Below are positions 54,786 through 64,000 of a stretch of 64,000 nt of DNA, piece by piece. Origin of the DNA: Eledone cirrhosa (lineage: Eukaryota); NCBI GenBank assembly GCA_964016885.1, contig OZ024748.1, positions 17,856,001-17,920,000 on the forward strand. The letters run 5' to 3'. The notes under the pieces are model-generated. The model saw only the letters and a list, made by a program, of their open reading frames with translations. It was not told where the DNA came from and did not search any database. The translations under genes and the position numbers were made by a program. Numbering within the stretch: the stretch's first letter is position 1; every line of letters starts with the position of its first letter.

Positions 54786-55230
54786 GATAAATCTACCAAA
54801 ATGTACGGTAGTGTCCAATCCGTATGAAGAACTCAATGTAATCCGAATATCATGAAAAGAGAAGATGTCTTCAAAAATTTTTTTCCGATGAAAAATACAG
54901 GAAAACAGAGTCAAGATAAATTAATAAAAATAATGAATAAAAACAAAGAAACAGTTCCTTATATTAAAAAATTCATCATTTTACGATCGTTTCTAGGATA
55001 TATGTTTGTGTTGGTATGTATATCATATAGATCTATGTAAAATTTTTACAAACTATCAGAGGGAATATACATACCTACACATATATATGCTGTCTTCAGA
55101 AATAATGATATTTGTTTATTGAAAAAAACCAACAAAGATTTAATATAATAGGTCTGTTTGGGAACAGGTTTTGAATTGACCAATAGAAAGGTAGTAAATG
55201 GTCAAGATGATAAAATAGTAGTAATAGAAC
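54783..55230 (-). mobile_element. PLE pLTR fragment, family P2, with a long-stem-II HHR at 54975-55106
   Basis: Diverged homolog of 14205-14552: tcattattt CTGAAGA [99 nt] GAAA CGATCG TA aaatgatga. Confidence 0.8.
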
Positions 55231-55258
55231 TTCAATATATATATATAGAGAGAGAGAG

Positions 55259-56802
55259 AGAGAAAATTGAGGTTGGTAATGGCACATGGAATATATAAGA
55301 GACAGAATACTTTTTTGTGAAAAAACATAATTTTATAAGGTAAGGAAATAATAAAGGGTATAAAAAATGACCGGTTTCGATGGGTCTGCAAAAGCCATCT
55401 TTTCAAATGTTGATTAATATTAAGAAAAATTAATAATACGAAGAGTTAAAATTTGAGATTTGAAAATTCAAGTATAAAATTCATTGTGGGATTTCATAGC
55501 TAAAAGACACCCTTATCTTAAGAGCCTTTCCACTTGAAATAATCAACACTGGAATAGACAGGGCAAAACACCTAAATCCCCATCAACTTAACAATCCAAA
55601 ACAGAAAACCACACTCAACACCCTGCCATATGTATCCACTTTCAACCCCAGAAATACCTAAATGTTTGATCACCTACACAAAAACCTCCCCATCCTACTT
55701 AAAGATGTAAAAATGAAGTCTATTCTTGAAACACACAAGATCCTTAAAAGTAAAAGACAACCCAAATCACTTAAACGCATTCTCACTGGACCAAATATAC
55801 CCAAACCAATCCTCAACCCTACAGTTACCAAATGTGGTAGAACAAACTGTGGAACGTGCCTCTACCTCACTGAAGGACAAACATTTACATTCAAAGATGG
55901 CCAAACATTTACAGTAAAAAACAATTTCACCTGCAACTCGGAGAACTTGATTTACGCAATAACTTGCGGTGGGTGCAAACACAACTACATAGGACAGACG
56001 GGCACCTCATTACGCAAATGAATGACCATCCACCGCCAACAAATCCGGGACGCTAACACAAGAAAAATCCCCTTGAGCAGCCATATTGCGAACTGCGCAG
56101 GAATGACACTACCCAACTTTAAAATCTTCCCCTTCTACAAGTGCTCAGATTCGTTCACACAGCAACAAAGAATAAACAAAGAAAATCTATTCCTTAACAA
56201 ATTTAAACCAAAACTAAACAGGTTATCACCCCAATAGAATTGTCATAAAATATAAACACACATACGCACGGAATCACTACTATTAAAGACCAGAGACCAA
56301 TTCTGTAGAATCAGGTTTATTCGTTGACAGACCATGCCTTTGTGTGACCAACACATCCATGTTAAACCCTGCACGTGCACACACATATATCTATATATAT
56401 ATATATGCGCACACAGAATTCACCACTGTCGGTTGCGGGGCCCAATCTACATGAAGAACTCAATGTGATCAGAATGACTTGTATTTTAATTTCACTGTCC
56501 CAACTTCTTATATTATGGAAAAAATATGTGTCTGTATGTATATATATATATATATTTGGAGGCCATTTCTCTGTGTGTGGGTGTATGTATGTGTATATGT
56601 GTGTGTGTGTGCATGTGGATGTATGTATTGTGTGTGTGTGTGCGTGTGTGTGTGTGTGTATGTATGTGTGTATCTGGATATATGCGTATGTGTATATATA
56701 TATATGCGTGTGTGTGTGTGTATATATGTGTGTATGTTTGTATGTGTGTATGTATATATATGTGTGTGTGTGTGTATGTATGTGTGGGTGTGTGTGTGTG
56801 TG

Positions 56803-56836
<34 letters not shown>

Positions 56837-56844
56837 TATGTGTG

Positions 56845-56875
<31 letters not shown>

Positions 56876-56914
56876 ATGTATGTGTGTATCTGGATGTATG
56901 TGTATGTATATATA

Positions 56915-56947
<33 letters not shown>

Positions 56948-57575
56948 GTATATATATGTGTGTGTATGTGTATATATGTGTGTGTATGTGTGTATGTATA
57001 TGTATGTGTGTATATGCATATATATATATGTATATGTATATGTATGTATGTGTGGATGAAGGTATGTGTGTATATATAGGTGTAAGTGCACTAAATCCCT
57101 TTCTATCACGCTCCACTCTCCTACCCACCACAGGAAGATATGTGTATGTATATTGCTTCCACCCCCTCACTGACCAGCAGCTGGCCAGTTGGCGATTGCT
57201 AAATCTGACCTTTATAAAATAACCCACACCCCAAATAACTTCTCATTCATTACCAGAAAGGGACACAGCAGTCAACCTGTTGTTGCTACCTAGATGAAAA
57301 CTGCTATGAAATCCCACAATGAATTTTATACTTGAATTTTCAAATCTCAAATTTTAACTCTTCGTATTATTAATTTTTCTTAATATTAATCAACATTTGA
57401 AAAGATGGCTTTTGCAGACCCATCGAAACCGGTCATTTTTTATACCCTTTATTATTTCCTTACCTTATAAAATTATGTTTTTTCACAAAAAAGTATTCTG
57501 TCTCTTATATATTCCATGTGCCATTACCAACCTCAATTTTCTCTATAACCTTCGTTTTGTGTAGAAAATTACACT

Positions 57576-57580
<5 letters not shown>
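55259..57580 (+). mobile_element. 5'-truncated Penelope-like element (Neptune-type) with inverted pLTRs
   Basis: 55259-55500 is the reverse complement of 57303-57544. There is a 36-nt tail only on the 3' copy, then (TA)n. An RT-thumb/EN remnant lies between the arms. Confidence 0.93.
55500..56237 (+). pseudogene. PLE RT thumb, Cys-rich linker and C-terminal GIY-YIG endonuclease, with two nonsense codons
   Basis: LKDTLILRAFPLEIINTGIDRAK...KCGRTNCGTC...NLIYAITCGGCKHNYIGQTG..LRK*MTIHRQQI...HIANC...KFKPKLN; stops at 55659 (TAA) and 56019 (TGA). Confidence 0.93.
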
Positions 57581-57611
<31 letters not shown>

Positions 57612-57797
57612 TCATCATCATTATCATCATAATCACTGTTTAACGTCCATTTTAGCATGGGTTAGATGAATTGTCTCATTGTAAGACAAGCTAGATCAGA
57701 ATATATTTGGTGGGGGTGATGTAGAGGTTATTTGGTGGGAGGTGGGGCTTGTTTCCTTCATCATATCGTAACCTAACCTTATTTCTTGTTCTGCATA

Positions 57798-58354
57798 GGC
57801 AGCGGATTGGCAGTATCAGTAGAGCGTCAGATACCATGCTTTTCGGCATGGAGTTACGGCCCTTTACCTTCTGGGTTCAAATCTCACTGAGGTTAACTTT
57901 ACCTTTCATGCTTATGGGATTGATAAAATAGAAAACCAGTAATGCACTGCGGTATTTGTTGGACTTGTGCCAAATTAAAGTGTACTAACTATCCAGCAGC
58001 ATAGAGTTATGGCCCTTTACGTTCTGAGTTCAAATCCTGCCAAGATTAGCTTTGCCTTTCATCCTTACAGTGTCAATAAAATAAAGCACCAGTAATGCAC
58101 TGGGGTAATTGCTGGCCTTGTGCCAAAAGCAGAAACAATTATTTCTTTTCCCATATATAATGATTTCTACTATAGGCACAAGGCCAGTAATTTGTGGGGA
58201 GGGGAAAGTACGTTGCTGGTACTTTATTTTATCGACCCTGTAAGGATGAAAGACAAAGTTAACCTCAGCGGGATTTGAACTCAGATCATAAAGGGCCGTA
58301 ACTCTATGCTGCAAAGCATGGTGTCTGACACTCTACCAATTCTGCCAATCCACC

Positions 58355-58400
<46 letters not shown>

Positions 58401-58697
58401 GTTTCTACTTTTAGCACAAGGCCAGCAATTATCCCAGTGTATTACTGGTACTTTATTTTATCGACCCTGTAAGGATGAAAGCAAAGTTAACCTCGGCACG
58501 ATTTGAACTCAGACCATAAAGGGCCGTAACTCTTTGCTGCAAAGCATGGCGTCTGACCCTCTAAAGATACTGCCAATCGACCGCCCTCTATATATAATTG
58601 TTTCTACGTTAGGCACAAGGCCAGCAATTACCCAGTGCATTACTGGTACTTTATTTTATCGACCCCATAAGGATGAAAGGCAAAGTTAACCTTGGCC
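57798..58697. mobile_element. Cluster of five SINE family A copies (two plus, three minus)
   Basis: Copies at about 57798, 57997, 58160, 58397 and 58594. Confidence 0.88.
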
Positions 58698-58944
58698 CTC
58701 TATATATAATGGAGTTATTTTTTATTTCAATAATGAACACCTCAGATCCAAGTTCTCTGATGTTAAAAAACAAAAAACAGGTTCACAAAGTAGAAGACAA
58801 CAACCTAGGGGTCAGCTCAGTACTGTATTAATTTAATTTAATTAAGAAACCCTGGTTAACTTTACAGGAGAAGAAAAAGAAATTATATTAAAAAAGTTAA
58901 GAGACAAAAAGAGAAAAATGAAATAGTTTTATTTAAAAAAAAAA

Positions 58945-59450
58945 AGAAGAGAGTGAGTGAAAGAGAAAGAAATAAAGAGGAGTGAGAGAGTGAGGTAGTG
59001 AGAGAGAGCGGGAGGGAGAGAGAAGGGGTGAGTGAGGGTGAGTGAGTGAGGTAGAGAGAGATAAACAGTGAGAGAGAGTGGGATGGAGAGTGAGGTAGAG
59101 AGAACGAGGGAGTGAGTGAGTGAGTAGGTATGAGAGAGAGAGTGATAGACGAGATGAGGGTGTGAGAAAGAGTGAGGGGGGAGAGAAAGACAGAGAGAGG
59201 CAGAGAAAGGAACAGTGAGAGAGAAAAGGCGAGAAAGAGAGTGAGAGAGGGAGAGTGAAAAAGAAAGTGAGAGATAAGTGAGAAAGTGAGAGAAAGAGAA
59301 AGCAGAGAGAGAAAGAAAGAGCGAGAGTGAGAAAGTGAGAAAAAGGATGACAGAGGGAGAGAAAGTGAGAGAGAAAGAAGGAAAGAATATGAAAGAGAGG
59401 GGGAAGAGGGAGAGAAAGAGAAGAAGTGAGATAGAGAGAGAGCAGAGAGT
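58945..59450. repeat. GA-rich polypurine tract
   Basis: Degenerate (GA)n; a similar tract lies at 32985-33270. Confidence 0.9.
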
Positions 59451-59768
59451 GGTTTTATTGAGCTACCAATAAACCGACTCTCTTCATTTTTATATATTTT
59501 CTGCTAAATTATTACAGGATATTAAGAGTTTATAGAAATAAATTCAGTAAATATCCAGGCACTGGAAATTATTTTATTGCTTCCATTTTTGTGCCGATCC
59601 CCATTAAAACCTCCTGTGTTCTTAGTCTCTATATTGCCTTTTTCCTCTGTAAAATTGGAAGGAGTGCATGATATCTGAAAAAGGGTTCCATGAAGTAGAG
59701 TGGCTGATGTAGTGGGTGTCACTGACTGTAGTTTGTGGCAATGGTTTCACCATTTTTTTTCCACAGGG

Positions 59769-59801
<33 letters not shown>

Positions 59802-60035
59802 ATTAACATCTATCTTCCATGCTAGCATGAATTAGACGGGTTTTGTCCCATTTAGAGGCAAGTTGGGTTCGGTGACCGTATCTCACTCATATAGAGTGTT
59901 TTTGGCTGGTTTTCTATGGCTGGATGCCCTTCCTAACGCCAACCACTTTGACAGTGTGTACTGGGTGATTTTTCCCGAGTCTTTTACACGTTCACTTTAC
60001 AGTGTGAGATATACCATCAAGACTGGGATGTAGAA

Positions 60036-60197
60036 CAGTCATGGGCAAACTGTAGGCCCTGAACCACTCAGCCCATTTGGCTTTCTGAATGGCTCACCTA
60101 ATTTTAAAATTGTCTTGAATTGTTTAGTAGTGCAGCCCTCCTTATGAAGAACCACATTCTATGTAGCACACTGCTCTAAAAGGGTTGACAATGGCTG
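60036..60197. mobile_element. hAT-family MITE related to 36162-36452
   Basis: CAGTCATGGGCAAAC / GGTTGACAATGGCTG; imperfect TSD ATGTAGAA/CTGTAGAG; shares GCTTTCTGAATGGCT. Confidence 0.65.
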
Positions 60198-60251
60198 CTG
60201 TAGAGTCTTCCACTCCCTCCTTCTTCTTAATTTCATTATTCTTCTTTTTAG

Positions 60252-60458
60252 GAGGGTGGTGGATTGACAGTATCAGTAGAGCACCCAACAACATGTTTCG
60301 TGATATATATTTATGACTCTTTATATTCTAAGTTCAAATCTTGCAAGGTTAACTTTGCCTTTCATCCTTACGGGGTCAATGAAATAAAGCACTTGGGTCA
60401 ATTTAGTAAAATTTCCCCTTCCATAAATTGTTGGCCTTGTGCTTAAATCAGAAACCAT
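60252..60458 (+). mobile_element. SINE family A (diverged)
   Basis: Family A core present. Confidence 0.8.
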
Positions 60459-61239
60459 TATTTCTCTCTCTTTTTATTGCAAAAATTCTACATTAGTGGC
60501 ACACTTCAAGCCTACTATTCTTCGTATTTGAACACCTGGCAATTGATTCTGTTGATTTCAATCCAGGATCTCTTCCCTGAAACCTTGTTGGAATATATTT
60601 TCTAATGCTTACCCCAGCCTCCTTTATGAAGAGATCAAAACCAAGTGACTTCATTAAGTACGTTAAATAAATCAAATCAAAGTTACATTCAATAACATGA
60701 TTAACAAACGAACAAACAAAAAGCAATATAAAAACAATATAAGACCAAACAAACAACTATTAAGTAGCAACCAGTGTTTCCGGAAAGGTCGTCTTCGGTT
60801 AGACACTCAGGGTGAATTAATGTGACAAAATGGCGCAGAAATATATTCAACGATGTCTGAAAATATTTAAAATTAGTGAAATTTGGTTCCGATTGACTAG
60901 TTTGTTCAATGTTTGTCCATATGTATTAGGACGGAAAGGAGACATATTGGGTTATTTTTTTTTGTTTTTTTTTAACAATATTATTATAACAAAAGGATAA
61001 ACAAGAACAAAAAAAAACAGATAAATAAATAAAATATATGTTCAATAAATATTTTATTTTTCCTCCCAACAAAACATTTTCAATGGTTTGATAAGTTCTG
61101 GCCTTTTTGGTCCTAACCTCAAAACAAAAGACCAATGTAAAGGTAAATAAATTTAGAAAAATATATATATTTTTAAAAAAACACTGAAACAAATTAATAA
61201 AAAATAAAATAGAAAAAGAAAAATTAGATATATTTTGTA

Positions 61240-61932
61240 TGGTTGCTGATAATGTCATTGTTACAACAGGTAGTGAGTGATGTGTGGTTTCTGTTGTTAG
61301 TGAAGCTAATGTGGATTGTTGTGAGGTGTTTGTGAGTGATGTGTGGTTTCTGTTGTTAGTGAAACTAATGTGGAGTGTTGTGAGGTGTTTGTGAGTGGTG
61401 TGTGGTTTCTGTTGTTAGTGAAACTAATGTGGAGTGTTGTGAGGTGTTTGTGAGTGGTGTGTGGTTTCTGTTGTTAGTGAAACTAATGTGGAGTGTTGTG
61501 AGGTGTTTGTGAGTGATGTGTGGTTTCTGTTGTTAGTGAAACTAATGTGGAGTGTTGTGAGGTGTTTGTGAGTGATGTGTGGTTTCTGTTGTTAGTGAAA
61601 CTAATGTGGAGTGTTGTGAGTGATGTGTGGTTTCTGTTGTTAGTGAAACTACTGTGGGGTGTTGTGAGGTGTTTGTGTGTGTTGTATGATTGCAGATAAT
61701 GTCATTGTTACAACAGGTAGTGAGTGATATGTGGTTTCTGTTGTTACTGAATCTACTGTGGGGTGTTGTGAGGTGTTTGTGAGCGTTGTGTGGTTTCTGT
61801 TGTTAGTGAAACTACCGTGAGGTGTTGTAAGGTGTTTGTGTGTGATGTGTGGTCTCTGTTGTTACTGAAACGACTGTGAGGTGTTTGTGAGTGTTGTATG
61901 GTGACTGATAATGTCACTGTTACAACAGGTAG
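61240..61932. repeat. 59-bp minisatellite with a higher-order punctuation motif
   Basis: Period 59 (61332, 61391, 61450). GATAATGTCA.TGTTACAACAGGTAG occurs at about 61248, 61695 and 61908. Confidence 0.93.
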
Positions 61933-61944
61933 GGATGAGTGGTA

Positions 61945-62082
61945 GCATACAGTTATGGCCCTTTACGTTCAGAGTTCAAATCCCACCGAAGTTAAACTTT
62001 GCCTTTCAACCTTACGGGGTCGATAAAATAAAGTACCAGTAATGCACTGGGTTAATTGCTGGTCTTGTGCTAAAAGTAGAAA

Positions 62083-62085
<3 letters not shown>
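61945..62085 (+). mobile_element. SINE family A, 5'-truncated
   Basis: Family A core and (ATT)n tail. Confidence 0.85.
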
Positions 62086-62112
<27 letters not shown>

Positions 62113-62113
<1 letters not shown>

Positions 62114-62517
62114 TTCCACATTATCACTGCATTACCGAGTGCAGCTATGTGCGTTGGGTATGTGCAGTGTGGTTTTTGGTGGTATTTGTTCAATTGTATG
62201 TTGTATATAAAGTCGTGCAGTTTTGGTTGTGTATCTGTCTGTGTGGTTTTTTATTATTCCCAGAGTACCTATTATTATAGGTATTGTTTCTGTCTTCAGC
62301 ATCCACATTCGGGTTATTTCTATCTCTAGATCTTTATATTTGGAGAGTTTCTCCATTTCGTTTGTCATTCTCTGATACCTTTTCTGGTGTGTATTTGTAC
62401 CATCTTTTGTCTGTGGGTATGTCATAGTGTTGGCATAATTTCCAGTGTATGTAGGTCCCTATTCTATCATGTCTGTAGATGTGTTTCTTTTTGGCTAAGA
62501 CTGGGCAGCCTGAGATA
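62113..62517 (-). pseudogene. R4/Dong-clade LINE 3' end (zinc knuckle and RLE flanks), internally deleted, (TAA)n tail
   Basis: ISGCPVLAKKKHIYRHDRIGTYIHWKLC...WYKYTPEKVSEND joined to KLSKYKDLEIEITRMWMLKTETIPIIIGTLGII; ends in TAA repeats. Confidence 0.85.
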
Positions 62518-62644
62518 AGCTTATACCATTTCAATAATGGTATATGCTTAATTCTACACTCTACTTAAGTATTAAGTACTAAGATGAATAACGGTTTTAC
62601 TGGTTTTAAATAGTAACATTTCATTCATATACACTCACACACAT

Positions 62645-62696
<52 letters not shown>

Positions 62697-62734
62697 GTAT
62701 ATATATGTATGCATATATATGTATATATATATAT

Positions 62735-62787
<53 letters not shown>

Positions 62788-62880
62788 CTAGCGTGGAAGA
62801 ACGGACGTAAAACGGTGATGATGATATATGTATATATATATATATACATATGTATATATATATATGTATATATATATATG

Positions 62881-62940
<60 letters not shown>

Positions 62941-62949
62941 CATATATAT

Positions 62950-63872
62950 ATGTGTGTGTGTGTAGTATGTATCTACTTATCTGCTGGCATACATGTGTTT
63001 GTGTGTGTTTACATGTGTTTGTGTATGACTGCATCTGTTTGCATGTATGTGTTTTCTGTGTAACTGTATATTTGCATATATGTCTTTGTCTGTGCTTGTG
63101 TATGTCTGAATGTGTGTGACTGTGTATGTTTGCATGTATGTGTGTGACTGTGTATGTTTGCATGTATGTGTGTGACTGTGTGTTTGCATGAATGTTTTTG
63201 TCTGTGACTATGTATATTTGCATGCGTGTGTTTGTGTGTGCCTGTGTATCTTTCTATGTATGTGTTTGTGTGTGATTGTGTATTTGCATGTGTCTGTTTG
63301 TGTGTGCCTCTGTATCTTTCTATGTATGTGTTTGTGTGTGATTGTGTATATTTGCATGCCTGTCTTTGTCAGTGCCTGTATATGTTTGCATGTGTGTGAC
63401 TGTGTATATTTGTATGTATGTGTTTGTCCATGTCTGTGTATGTATGTATGTATGTATGTATGTATTTATCTGTGCCTGTGTGTGTTTGTTTGTATGTATG
63501 TGTTTATCCATGTCTGTGTATGTATGCATGTATGTGTTTGTCAATGACTGTGTATGTTTGCATGTATGGGTGTGCCTGTGTATGTGTGTGACTGTGTATA
63601 TTTGTATGTATGTGTGTGTCAGTGTCTGTGTATTTGTGTATGTATGTGTGTGCCTGTCTATGTATGTATGTGTGTGTCAGTGTATGTGTATGTTTGTATG
63701 TATGTGTGTGCCTGTCTATGTATGTATGTGTGTGTCAGTGTCTGTATGTTTGTATGTATGTGGGTGCCTGTCTATGTATGTATGTGTGTGTCAGTGTCTG
63801 TGTATGTTTGTATGTATGTGTGTGCCTGTCTATGTATGTATGTGTTTGTGTGTACCTGTGTATGTTTGCATG
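62950..63872. repeat. Degenerate (TG)/(TATG)-rich low-complexity array
   Basis: Direct reading; the CV-rich ORFs are artefacts. Confidence 0.92.
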
Positions 63873-64000
63873 CGATTTCTAAAGAAGCACTTGTAGCCGT
63901 GTATATATTTCTCAAATAAGCAAGACTACAATAATCGGAGTGTAATCCTGCCAGTAAGTAGAATCAATAAGTGGCATTTATAGCCTTTAAACAACCACTG

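Noticed and set aside
56019-56021. In-frame TGA in the PLE endonuclease as selenocysteine (as reported for some Naiad PLEs)
   Set aside because: It falls at the conserved Arg position (L..R...H) and is best explained by CGA>TGA decay. A TAA stop is also present upstream, the EN is C-terminal (not the Naiad order), and no SECIS was recognised.

Overview
AT-rich, repeat-saturated eukaryotic DNA, most likely cephalopod (octopus-like; inferred from the SINE families and the massive (TA)n/(TATG)n microsatellites). There is a 200-N gap at 27055-27254. No host protein-coding gene can be supported; almost all ORFs in the track are microsatellite artefacts. The recognisable coding remnants are all from transposons: two Penelope-like element (PLE) GIY-YIG endonuclease fragments (2335-2613 minus, 55500-56237 plus), an R4/Dong-type LINE 3' end, several RTE/RTE-X LINE 3' ends and a decayed gag in a small non-autonomous LTR element with a tRNA-Trp primer-binding site. 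The most striking signal is a dense set of (TA)n-embedded PLE-type fragments. They carry about 20 hammerhead-ribozyme (HHR) motifs from roughly ten sequence families, several with very long stem II. They form fold-back palindromes whose axes repeatedly fall at the ribozyme core. Several (TA)n tracts are also bracketed by inverted duplications of flanking DNA. One PLE copy has a 28S rRNA-like fragment fused at its 5' truncation point. All motif calls were made by eye and need covariance-model or alignment confirmation.
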